Assembly: GCF_004010195.1 (NCBI RefSeq)
Contig: NW_025214440.1
Span: forward strand, 1 to 43,908
DNA length: 43,908 nt
Source: Chiloscyllium plagiosum
Taxonomy: Eukaryota
Direction: 5' to 3'
How positions within the stretch are numbered: position 1 is the stretch's first letter; each line of letters opens with the position of its first letter. A model generated the notes under the pieces. That model was not told the DNA's origin. It saw only the letters and a program-made list of their open reading frames with translations, and did no database searches. Below, piece by piece: positions 1 through 10,718 of the stretch. The position numbers and the translations under genes were made by a program.

Positions 1-1090
1 GTGACCGTAACTCAAGCATTTTTAGCGTGTTGAGGAAAAGACCAAAAGAAAAAGGTTAGAAAAATAAAAATAATTTGGATGATGGAGGCAGATCTTTTCA
101 AAAAAAAAGACAGGATCTGGCCACAGTACAGTTAATTCTGTGAAACTGTAACAGAACAGCGTGGGGATGGTGGGGATTACATGCTCACAATGGAAGTGTC
201 ACTGCAGCATGTTACAACAAAGAAGAAATATAGGAAAACAAGACCGGAGAGCCTTGGGTGTCTACAAATGTTCAGACTGGAATTAAAAAGGAAAGCGAAG
301 CTTAAAGCAGGCATAAAGTGAGCAGGTCAATGGAGTCTCAGAAGTGTAGAGACCGTGCAGGGCTAAACTCAAGGAAGTAAGTAGAACAGCAAAAGTGTGT
401 GTGTGGGGGGGGGGGGGAAATGCTTACAAGAACTTAAGGACATTTTATCGGTTTATTAAGGGTAAGAGCGTAACAAGAGAATGAATAGGTAGTATTAAGA
501 TCCGAGGAGGCAACATGTACATAGAGCCAGAGAATATGTCAAACACGTACTACGTACCGGTCTTCAATTTGGAGAAGCAGTTCCTATATGCAATGTCTGT
601 TCCTGACAGTGTGACCTTGAGCAAATTGACACAGAAGCTGAGGAAGAATTGAAATTGACTCAGGATAAAAAGTGGGCAAACCCCGAGATCCAGATGGACT
701 GTATGTTAGATTGATGTGGAAGATGAGGGAGGAGATTACAGGCTCTTAAACTTTATGGGTTTTTTTTGTTGGCATGAGGTGGCATGATCGAACAGGACAA
801 CATCTAATGTAGGTTCAACTTCCACACAGAATGCTAGAAAAAAAAGACATAGGATTAAAGACCACCAGGTTTCACATCAGTGGGAGGGAAACAATTTTAG
901 AAAATTGTGATTCCTGGTGAGGAATGATCACTAAATATTTTCAAGGCTGAGATGGACAGATTTTTAACAAGGGTTACAGGGAAAATGCAGGAAAATGGAA
1001 TGGAAGGTTATCAGAATAAATGTACCCTAATTGAAAGGAAAAAAACAGAGTCAGCAAGCGGATGGACATACTGTCGCTCGTATATCTTCT
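1..1090 (+). mobile_element. Degenerate CR1 LINE fragments (ORF2 linker/RT start, then 3' end)
   Basis: Decayed CR1 ORF2-like text (ttttatcggtttattaagggtaagagc ~ FYRYIK.KR; gaggagattaca ~ EEIA), then a CR1 3' motif (aaatattttcaaggctgagatggacagattttt). No intact ORF. Confidence 0.6.
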
Positions 1091-1683
1091 GGTAAACGTT
1101 TTCTAATAGCCTGTGTTCATGGAACATCAGCATCTCTCCCTCAGGAGTGAGACACAGTTTGTAATGCAATCAATAGACTCAAGGAATTCATGAATGCAGT
1201 ACTAATAGACAGAAAAGACCAGAGGACTGCAACAACGCGGATTGGCTGTCAGGGTGAATATTTGCATCAGCGCAGTCACCACTACTAAAAGCAAGACACC
1301 CTCCAAGTCCAGGCATGGGCCTGATGTTAATGAGCGCTGAAGGCCCAAACAATACACCATTGTATTGTCTCCCGAGGAAAAGGGAAACCACTACCCCCTA
1401 CCAGGTGAAAGCCAGGAGGGCCCCACCGCAACACAGCTCCAGGTCACTGGGAGCAGTGACCCTCTGACAGCCCCGCTATCAGATATAGAAACAGACAGCG
1501 TGGACCCTGGTCTCAGCCTGATGACACCGAAGCGGGCAAATGGGCCGAGTGAGGAACTGGACAGCTACCTCAGCCCTGCGAGGGTCCAGCAGTTTGCATA
1601 CTGCATGGGGATGCAGACAGCTACCCGAGAGGGGCAGGACCAGCGACAATCGGACATGGGTAACCTTACAACCTGTTAACAAA

Positions 1684-4600
1684 ATGGGGTTTAAAATTGC
1701 AACTATCAATGTGCGCAGCATAAAATCTGCTGCGTGATGTGTTTCAACACTGGCCTTCCTGGCCAACGTGAAAGCCGATGTCCTGTTTCTGCAGGAGTGT
1801 GGGACACCGCACCTCAGCAGTTACAGGAGATGGTCGAGCTTGTGGGCCCATGGGCCGTCAGTGTGGTCGGGGGTAACGATAACTGCTCCTCGGGCCTGGG
1901 TATTCTGTTACGGGGAGGCAACTTCACCATCTCCGAGGTTAAGGAAGTGGTGGGCAGGCGCCTCCTCGTCGCTGATGTTACATACAGAAACGCTCCCGTG
2001 AGACTAATCAACATGTACGCCCCAGCGGGTAAGAGTGAACGGTTGGCCGTAGGAATGCTCCCCTGAGACTGATTAATGTGTACGCCCTAGTGGGTAAGAG
2101 TGAAAGGTTGGCCGTCCTGCAGCACGCTTCCACTGTTGCTGGCTACGTCCAGGCCGGTCATTCTGGCCGGAGACTTCAACTGTATCATTGATGCAGATGA
2201 ACGATCCGGCGGGGGGAAACAGTAAACTGGACACCACGTCCAGAGCCCTGATAGACACGGTAAAAGATGCCAAGCTGCATGACGTCTTCAGCGCCCCTGC
2301 AGACGGAGCGCAGCGTAGATACACCTGGTCACGGGCAGACGGGTCTATCCGCTCAAGGATAGATTACCAGTTTGTGTCCCGAACGCTCCGCTCCAGATCC
2401 ACCGACGTCAAGCCGGTGTTCTTCTCTGACCACTGCCTCCTGCTGGCCGACTGTCACCGACAGGACGAGCAGTGGGCTGGTAAGGGAANNNNNNNNNNNN
2501 NNNNNNNNNNNNNNNNNNNNNNNNNNNNNNNNNNNNNNNNNNNNNNNNNNNNNNNNNNNNNNNNNNNNNNNNNNNNNNNNNNNNNNNNNNNNNNNNNNNN
2601 NNNNNNNNNNNNNNNNNNNNNNNNNNNNNNNNNNNNNNNNNNNNNNNNNNNGTGCTCATGTTTCTTCTTCCAGAAGGTGCACAAAGAGAGCTCTGTGCTC
2701 AGCAGCCTGAAGGAAGAAGATGGCTCGGTAACGTCATCTCAGGCTGATATCATGAGGTTCAGTGAATCCTTCTATGCCAGTCTGTATGACTCGAAGCCAA
2801 CCGACAATGTGGCCTCCAAGTCGTTCCTGTCCTCTATCACGGAGGTCCTAGACGACGGAACACGAGAGAGGCTGGACCAGCCGCTATCTCTGGATGAGCT
2901 GACCAAGGCCCTCGAGTCCTTCGAAAAGAATAAAACTCCCGGAAGCGACGGCTTACCGGTCGAGCTCTATTCTGCTCTTTGGGACTTGATTGGTCGGGAC
3001 CTGCTGGAGGTGTATGTCAGTATGCTTCAGGCAGGTACCATGAGTGGATCCATGAGGAAAGGCATCAATTGGAGACCGATCTCACTGTTAAACACAGACT
3101 ACAAAATCTTGTGAAAGGTCATCGCCAACCGGGTCAGGTCTGGTCTGGGATCGGTGATCCACCCTGACCAAACCTGGGCTGTACCGGGCAGGAAGATCGC
3201 TGAGAGTCTCGCACTCCTCAGAGAAACGATTGCCTACGTGCAGGACAGTGGGGTGGACACCTGTCTCATCAGCCTGGATCAGGAGAAAGCCTTTGACAGG
3301 ATATCGCATACAAAAATGAGGGATGTCCTCTCCAAAATGGGCTTCGGGGAGGGAATCGCTAATTGGATCAGACTGCTCTACACCAACATTGTCAATGCAG
3401 TCTCAATCAATGGGTGGGAATCAGATAGCTTCCCAGTCAGATCTGGAGTCAGGCAGGGCTGCCCTCTCTCTCCTGCCTTGTTTGTTGCTGCATAGAGCCA
3501 TTTGCCGACTCCATCAGGAAGGATGCGAGCCTGAGAGGGGTGACTATTCCTAGCAGCGGGGGTCTGCAGGTTAAGGTCTCCCTGTACATGGACGACGTCG
3601 CCGTTTTCTGCTTGGATCCGCTGTCCGTGCACAGACTCATGTGCATCTGTGTCCAGTTCGAACGGGTCTCGGGGGCAAAGGTAAACCGAGGCAAGAGCGA
3701 AGCCATGCTCTTCGGGAACAGGGCCGACCAATCCTCGATCCCCTTCACGGTCAGGACTGACCACCTGAAGGTGCTGGGTATTTGGTTCGGGGGGGCTGGG
3801 GCGTGCGCCAAGACCTGGGAGGAGCGGATCAGGAAGGTGAGACAGAAACTGGGCAAATGGAAGCAACGGTCTCTCTCCATCGCGGGTAAAAACCTGGTCA
3901 TCAGGTGTGAGGTACTCTCAGTATTGTTATACGTGGCACAGGTCTGGCCTATCCCCAGAACCTGTGCCGCCGCAGTCACCCGGGCCATCTTCCACTTTGT
4001 GTGGAGATCAAAGATGGACCGGGTCCGAAGAGATGTAATGTACAAAGGCCGGAGCAATGGGGGAAAAAACACACCTAATGCAACCCTCACCCTGATGGCC
4101 ACCTTTGTGTGTGGCTGCATCAAGCTGTGCGTGGATTCCCGGTACGCAAACACCAAGTGTCACTACGTACTGAGGTTCTACCTGTCCCCGGTGTTGCGAA
4201 GGATGGGCCTGGCCTCGCTGCCGCGGAACGCTCCGAATAGTTGGACCGTTCCGTACCACCTGTCCTTCGTGGAGAAATTTATCAAGAAAAACACCTTTGA
4301 CCACAAGTCCATCAGGAAGTGGTCAGCACGTAATGTCCTTGAGACCCTTCGGGAAAAGGAGAGGGCAGATCCTGTCGAGCGGTTCCCTGAGCAGACTGTC
4401 AAAGCCATTTGGCAGAATGCCTCATCGCCAGAACTTTCCAACAAGCACCAAGACATGGCTTGGCTGGTGGTGAGAAGGGCTCTGCCAGTGAGATCCTTTA
4501 TGCACACCCGGACTCTCAGCCGCACCGCACGCTGCCCTCAAAGCGGCTGCGGGGGGGACAGACGAACATCAACTGTGCCTGGAGGATCATCAACTCGGTG

Positions 4601-4771
4601 AAGGACGCTCTCTGGGTGGTCCAAAACCTGTTGATCTTCCAGCTGAAGGAGTTGACCCCGGCTGAGTGTTGCAGACTGGCACATTCCAAGGACCAGGACT
4701 ACGTGTTGAGGGACGCGCTGAAGCTTGGGGCAGCTGCCTCCAAGGCGCGGTGGGGAAAGACCACCGTCTAA
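1684..4771 (+). pseudogene. Tx1 ORF2 (APE endonuclease - RT - C-terminal domain), frameshifted
   Basis: MGFKIATINVRS, VLFLQE, NMYAP, SRIDY, FSDH (APE); KTPGSDGLP, WRPISLLNTDYK, SLDQEKAFD, GVRQGCPLSP, YMDD at 3585-3596 (RT). Stops, frameshifts, small deletions near 3066 and 4560, and an N-gap at 2489-2651. Confidence 0.9.
1986..2115 (+). repeat. Diverged 65-bp direct tandem duplication in the Tx1 endonuclease
   Basis: 1986-2050 vs 2051-2115; 10 mismatches in 65 nt by manual alignment. Confidence 0.9.
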
Positions 4772-4983
4772 CATCTGCCTGCCTAAGAAGAACAGGGGGA
4801 CAATGCAGTCATTTGGGCTCCGCTGGCGTCTCAGCTCAATGTAATCCCACCAACCTGTGAATAGGAATGATCACCCTGTTTCGATACGCAAAGAAATGGA
4901 ATGTTTACAGAATGATGACATGTCCAATTGTATAAATTAAATATATATGAATAAAGTATATTTTTGAGAAAAAAAAAAACAAA

Positions 4984-5175
4984 TGTGGAGTGGTCTATTG
5001 ACGTGCTGTTAGTTGCAGAGTAGGTAGTAATGTTTTGGTTCCAGAGGCTTCAGTTAGCAGCAGCTTAGCAAAGGTGCAGGTAAGCTCAAGTAAAGTTTTT
5101 TTAACGCTAGTCTGACAGTAGTTGAGATGGCAGTTAGGGCAGTTGCATGTTCCTCCTATGGGATGTGGGAGCAGG
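4984..5175 (+). mobile_element. 5' end of a CR1 LINE (5'UTR + ORF1 start), cut by the Penelope element
   Basis: ATG 5127 gives MAVRAVACSSYGMWE, resembling the CxxC.MWE zinc-finger start of CR1 ORF1. Confidence 0.6.
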
Positions 5176-5200
5176 TCAGGCAGCATCCGAGGAGCAGGAA

Positions 5201-5237
5201 AATCGACGTTTCGGGCAAAAAGTGCTTCATCAGGAAT
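5201..5237 (-). ncRNA. Minimal type I hammerhead ribozyme motif (Penelope terminal repeat)
   Basis: Minus strand AUUC-CUGAUGA-AGCACUUUUUGCCC-GAAAC-GUC-GAUU: conserved core boxes and GUC cleavage triplet; stem II partly mutated. Confidence 0.7.
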
Positions 5238-5933
5238 CGAGGCAGGGTTCCTGCAGAGTGGAGAGATAAATGAGAGGGGGTGGAGGTGGGGAGAAAGTAG
5301 CATACAGTCCAACAGGTAAATGGGGGTGGGGATGGAGGTGATAGGTCAGGGATGAGGGTGGGAGAAAATAGCAAAGTGTCCATTGGGTGAATGGGGGGGA
5401 GGGGATGAAGGTGCTAGGTCAGAGGGGTGGGTGAAGTGGATAGGTGGAAAGAAAGATAGGCAGGTAGGACAGGTCATGGGGACGGTACTGAGCTGGAAGT
5501 TTGGAACTGGGGTGACGTGGGGGAAGGGGAAATGAGGAAGCTGGTGAAGTCCAAATTGAAGCCCTGGCGTTGAAGTGTTCTGAGGTGGAAGATGAGGTGT
5601 TCTTCCTCCAGGCTTCAGGTGGTGAGGGCGGGGCGGTGGAGGACGCCGAGAACCTGCAATGTCCTCGGCAGAGTGGGTAGGGGAGTGGAAAAGTTGGGCC
5701 ACAGGGCGGTGTGGTTGATTAGTGCAGGTGTCCTGGAGATGTTCCCTAAAACGCTCTGCTAGGAGGCGTCCAGTCTCCCCAATGTAGAGGAGACCGCTTC
5801 AGGAGCAACGTATGCAATAAATGATATTTGTGGATGTGCAGGTAAAATTTGATGGATTTGGAAGGTCCCTTTAGCGCCTTAGATGGAGGTGAGGGAGGAG
5901 GTTTGGGCGCAGCTGGCAGGGGAGGGTGCCAGG

Positions 5934-6003
5934 AAGGGAGGGTGAGTTGTTGGGGACGTGGACCTGACAAGGGAGGGTGAGTTGTTGGGGACGTGGACCT
6001 GAC
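5934..6003. repeat. Perfect 35-bp tandem duplication within the Penelope element
   Basis: aagggagggtgagttgttggggacgtggacctgac x2. Confidence 0.9.
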
Positions 6004-7889
6004 CAGGTAGTCACAGAGGGAACGGTCTTTGCGGAAAGTGGAAATGGCTGGGGAGGGAAATATATCCCTGGTGGTGAGGTCCATTTGGAGGTGGCGGAAA
6101 TGTCGTCGGATGATTTGCTTTATGTGAAGGTTGGTAGGGTGGAAGGTGAGCACCAGGGGCTTTCTGTCCTTTTTACGGCTGGAGCGATGGGGTTTGAGGG
6201 CGAAGGTGCGGGATGTGGATGAGATGCGTAGGCGGGCATCTTTAACCATGTGGGAAGGGAAACTGCGGTCTCTGAAGAAGGAGGCCATCTGGTGTGTTCT
6301 GGGGTGGAACTGGTCCTCCTGGGAGCAGATACGGTGGAGGCAGAGGAATTGGGAGTACTGGATGGCATTTTTGCAGCAGGTAGGGTGGGAAGAGGTGTAA
6401 TGCAGGTAGCTGTGGGATTCGTTAAAAAATGTCAGTGTCAAGTCAGTCATCATTAATGGAGATGGAAAGGTCCAGGAAGGCGAGGGAGGTGTCAGAGATG
6501 GTCCAGTTAAATTTAAGGTCGGGGTGGAATATGTTGGTGAAGTTGATGAATTGCTCAACATCCTCACGGGAGCACGAGGTGGCGCCGATGCCGTCATCAA
6601 TATAGTGGAGGAAGAGGTTGGGAGTGGTGCCGGTGTAACGACGGAAGATGGACTGTTCTACGGAGCCAACAAAGAGACAGGCATAGCTGGGGCCCTTATG
6701 GATGCCCATGGCTACACCTTTGGTCTGGAGGAAGTTGGAGGATTCGAAGGAGAAATTGTTAAGAGTGAGGACCAGTTCAGCCAAACGAATGAGAGTGTCA
6801 GTAGAAGGGTACTGATGGGGACGTCGGGAGAGGAAGAAAAGGAGGGCTTGGAAGCAGTGGTCATGGCGGATGGAGGTGTAGAGTGATTGGATATCCATGG
6901 TGAAGATGAGGTTTTGGGGGCTGGGGAAACGGAAGTCTTGGAGGAGGTGGAGTGCGTGGGTGGTGTCTCGAACATATGTGGGGAGTTTCTGGACGAGGGA
7001 GGATAGGACAGTGTCAAGGTCGGTATTGATGAGTTCGGTGGAGCTGGAGCATGCTGAGAAAATGGGTCAGCCAAGGTTGTCAGGCTTGTGGATCTTGGGA
7101 AGGAGGTAGAATCAGGCAGTGCGTAGTTCCCGGACTATGGGTTGCAAGCTGTGGGTGGGAGATCTCCTCCTGAGGCGATAAGTTTCTGTATGGTCTGGGA
7201 GATGATGGTTTGTTTTTGGGGGTGCGGTCATGGTAGAGGGGGCGGTAGGAGGAGGTGTCTTCGAGTTGGCATCATGGCTTCAGTAGTGCAGAGGTCAGTT
7301 TGCCAAACTACCACTGCACCCCCTTTATCTGCTGGTTTGGATTGGAGCTGAGGGAGTGAATGGCTGTGCGTTGTGAGGGTGAGAGGTTGGAGTGGTGGAA
7401 CGGGTTAGAAGGTTGAGTTGGATAATGTCTTGGCGGCAGTTGAAAATGAAAACATCGAGGGCCGGTAAAAAGCCAGCACGCAGTGGGTGGCGTGTGAAAT
7501 AGGAGGATGTCATTGATGCTGCAAAACGACAAACCAACGAAGTAGAGACTGCAAAGACAGATTGCTCCATGTTGTTCCTCCTAGCTCCCTTCGTAATGGT
7601 TCACGTGTGTTACATTAACGTGGTTTGCTGATGGTAAGGAGACACACCGGATGTTTGTGCGATGTCTCAAGGAAGCATCTTCCATCTCTGAGAAGATAGG
7701 CTAATCTTCTGCACGGTTCCAGAAGCTTTTGAGAATGGCCAACTCTATCAGAGTGTGGCTGCTGACAGGTTTGTGAACAACATGATGCTCAGTGCAGGGT
7801 CTCACTCCAACTGAACATTGAGACGTTGAGAGTTTTTCAGAAAGTGGAGCTCTCACTCAACCAACATGGAGGCTCCACAGAGATAGATA

Positions 7890-8500
7890 AACTATCATAG
7901 AGTAATAGAGTTCAACAGGCCTTTTTCCCCAAACTGGTCTATTTCGACTAAAATGTTCATCCATGCTAACTCCATTCCCTGCACTTGGCCCATATCCGTC
8001 TAAAGCTTTCCGATCATAAATTTGTCCAAATGTGAAAATATATATTGCGGGATACACGTTATATTTCACAATATCAATGTTTTGTTTTGGAAATAATGAA
8101 TGTTGGTTAATAACACTCAAGTTTTATTGCAATCACATTTTATTCTTTTGTTGCATAACAAGTTAAAACTCATTTCCTTCATAATCTCCCCATGGTACCA
8201 TCACCGCATGGATTAGTCTGGTGTAACACCTTTACACTGTCTCATTGTGGCAAGGAGATCATTCCTTAAAAAACGAGAGAAAATCTGTTCACAGTGCCCC
8301 AAGTACTGTCTCAATATCACTCTACAACTTCAATAAAGTGTCTTCACTCTTATATTTCTATCAGTTTTCAAAGAAGGACAGCACACATTTACTGTGCTGA
8401 TTACTTACTGCTCCGTATGACTTCTGTCAGTGGCTCATGACCAAGGACATCCAGCTCCTTTTCACTAAGAGCACTTCCCAACATCTCACCTTCTCATAAG
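7890..8500 (-). mobile_element. Degenerate CR1 3'-end fragments
   Basis: atcatagagtaatagag tail, cctgcacttggcccatatcc, and tgttcacagtgccccaagt are reverse complements of CR1 3' motifs. Confidence 0.5.
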
Positions 8501-8639
8501 TACAAAATGAGAAGGATGGTATGTTTTGCCAAATAATTTCATTGCCTTGCAAAGCGCTATGTTTCAGCACAGCCACACCAACAGCACACCACTATTGCCA
8601 TGGAGATGGTTGAACATGCTGAGAAGTTGATGGCCTAGC

Positions 8640-9075
8640 TGTGTGATCTCTGGAATATTAACCCAGGGACACAGGTGATGACCCAGACCATGGATTTTAA
8701 TCTCTCTACGGCAAATGTTGGAATTTGAATTCAATAAAATATCAGGAATTGAGAATCAAATGAAACAATGAAACCACTGTGTTTGTCCTACCTGGCACAC
8801 TCATACCCTTCAGGGTTGGAAATCTACCATCTTCACCTGGTCGGTCTTACATTTAACTCCAGATCCACAGCACTGTGGTTAACACACAATTGCAATTTAA
8901 AATGGCCAAGCCAGCCACTCAGTTACATCACTCGCTACAAAGTCTCAAAGAAGTGAAACCGGGCGGATCTCAGCACTGTCTCCTTACAGCCCATGGTCTG
9001 CAGTGCATCAGGAAGGCAGCTCACCAACACCTTCTCAGGACAATGAGGAAAGGGAATTAAATATGGGCCCAGCAT
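8640..9075 (+). mobile_element. Old shark SINE (SacSINE1/DeuSINE-like) with LINE-type 3' tail
   Basis: ggaatttgaattcaataaaa...ggaaatctaccatccttcacctgg...actccagatccacagc...aaggcagctcaccaacaccttctc; related pieces at ~9540-9850 (minus) and 35310-35520. The family name is from recall. Confidence 0.45.
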
Positions 9076-9269
9076 CTTATTAATGAATAATGAAAGATGA
9101 TCACACTCGGGAAAGAGAGACAAAGGGAAACAACTCACTTCAAACCGGGACTTTGATGTACACCTTACATGGGCATGAATTTCAATAACATGGGAACAGG
9201 AGGAAAATAAATAAGATTAATCTGGATTTTTATTTCCATTCCAGCTGATCATCAACAATCCCTTTGTTT

Positions 9270-9490
9270 CTTTCTCTCTATCTCTCTCTTTCTCTATCTG
9301 TTCAACTCCCTCCTTCTCCCCTTCACAACAGACATCCCTGTCACCAACATCAGTCACACTATTTCCTAGCTGCGTTCAGTTTTGATGTATGGCCGTTGGA
9401 CTCGAAATGTCACTTCTATTTTCTCTCGACCTGAGGCTGTCAAATCTCTTCAGTTTCTCTGGCACTTCCTCATTCGTCTTGTTTGTGATC
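9270..9490 (+). mobile_element. Penelope-derived terminal fragment with a decayed hammerhead motif
   Basis: ttgatgtatggccgttggactcgaaatgtc (9382-9411), followed by a ttttctctc...gctgtcaaatct...agtttctctggcact tail similar to 21570-21610 and 32205-32290. Confidence 0.5.
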
Positions 9491-10311
9491 TCTTGCATCA
9501 TTCTTTGTTTTTTATTCAAGCTTTCATGTTGTTATTACATGGGATGTCTGCATCACTGGCAAGGGCAGCACTTGTTGACCTCACTAAATGCCTTTTGCTG
9601 TGAGGCCATTCCTAGAGGCAGTTGGTCTGACGTCAGTCTTAATTCAAACCAGGTAATAATGCTGGATATTTTTACTAAAGGAAAACAGTGAAATAGATAA
9701 ACTTATTGACAAAGTGCTGGTGGGATTATATTAGTAAAATTCGCTTTTATTTCCTGTTCCTGTCATTTGAATTTAAGTTCTGTCATTCTCTGAAATAGGA
9801 TTTGAAACAGTGTCTTGAGTCACTGGGCTACTGAATTACGTGAATAGCGACATTACTACTCTGACACAGTGTACCTGTCATGAATTTACTTTACAGACAA
9901 GAACAAGATTGTGATGAAAACATTTGTAACGGAAAGAGAGATTATAAGACAACTGGAAGCATAAAGTCTGAATTTTACCAAGGTATAGATAATGGTTTAT
10001 TTAGCACCCACACTGACGTTAAGATGGGGTCTGGGGATATCATGGAGCTGGTCGTGGGTACCTTGGTGATGGAGAGAATACCAAGACATAAATCAATTCA
10101 GGGCAAATAGGTACTTCGAGATTGTGAACAGTCTTGTTCTCAGATGTTTGTGAGGGCGGGTGTGTGGGGGGTTCTGAAATTTGTGGGCAATGAATGGATT
10201 TGCCTTTGAAACTGAAGACAATAGTTTTGATCTTTACAAAATATTGATAACAGAAATATCATTGAAGTTCGCCGTGGCTTATGGGATTAATAAATTGATA
10301 GAGATGGGGAG

Positions 10312-10320
10312 ACTTACCAG
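10312..10320 (-). other. 5' splice donor CTG|GTAAGT
   Basis: Plus strand acttaccag at 10312-10320; perfect +1 to +6 consensus. Confidence 0.8.
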
Positions 10321-10576
10321 GAACACCAACAATAGCGAGCATGGGATAGTAACCAGCCTGCATAATCAGCAGTACACCATATATCCGATCTGATAATATG
10401 TGCCAATACGAGGAAACACGGTAAAGACCCCAGGATAAACTCCTTTCCATTGTTCCTGCATTCCAGTCTATTTTTCTTAGAGTCTGAACCATCGCTGCGA
10501 CATTCCAGTTTACTGTTCTCAGATTCTGATCCATTGTTGGAACAGTCCAGTGTGTTGTTCTCAGATTATGATCCAT
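10318..10576 (-). CDS. First coding exon of a GPR139/GPR142-like class A GPCR (N-terminus + start of TM1)
   Basis: MDHNLRT...RIYGVLLIMQAGYYPMLAIVGVP ends exactly at a consensus donor (CTG|GTAAGT, phase 1, 259 nt). YYP.LA.VGVP matches the TM1 start of the GPR139-like family, normally continued by (V/A)N in the next exon. The start ATG is ambiguous. Confidence 0.75.
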
Positions 10577-10615
10577 TGTTGGAACATTCCAGTCTACGGT
10601 TCTCAGATTCTGATG
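10448..10615 (-). repeat. 4 x 42-bp (14-aa) tandem repeat at the GPCR N-terminus
   Basis: HQNLRTVDWNVPTM / DHNLRTTHWTVPTM / DQNLRTVNWNVAAM / VQTLRKIDWNAGTM; no indels. Confidence 0.9.
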
Positions 10616-10708
10616 TCTCCTCTCCCTGTCTCTGCAACAGCTGATCCCTGTTAGTGTTGGATGCGATGCATCCGCAGCTATAATGGGATAAATCATTACA
10701 AGACGCCC

Positions 10709-10718
10709 TTTAAATATA
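10709..10718 (-). promoter_or_regulatory. TATA-like box of the GPCR gene
   Basis: Minus strand TATATTTAAAGGG about 135 nt upstream of ATG 10576. Confidence 0.45.

Larger units (their letters stand above)
1365..4983 (+). mobile_element. Tx1-like (L1 clade) non-LTR retrotransposon, 5'-truncated
   Basis: End of a low-complexity ORF1 (stop 1679), ORF2 ATG 1684, EN+RT motifs, 3'UTR, AATAAA 4950-4955 and poly(A) 4969-4983. The 5' boundary is uncertain. Confidence 0.9.
5172..7800 (-). mobile_element. Penelope-like element (RT + GIY-YIG endonuclease), decayed
   Basis: Minus strand: MDIQSLYTSI, QTKGVAMG, YIDD (6593-6604), FLDLSI, YLHYTSSHP, LVLTFHP; GIY-YIG motif IIYCIRC...LYIGETGR at ~5745-5845; terminal repeat with hammerhead motif. 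The 5' limit (7560-7800) is uncertain. Confidence 0.9.

Noticed and set aside
1240..1267. CCAAT (attgg) plus octamer ATTTGCAT as an Ig or snRNA promoter
   Set aside because: No leader/V exon, RSS or snRNA nearby; short motifs are expected by chance.
3378..4774. Antisense ORFs over Tx1 (and similar ones over CR1 and Penelope)
   Set aside because: Shadow ORFs of GC-rich retroelement coding sequence with no independent motifs.
10448..10615. Regular repeat as a CRISPR-like array
   Set aside because: Contiguous coding units without unique spacers; vertebrate context; no cas genes.
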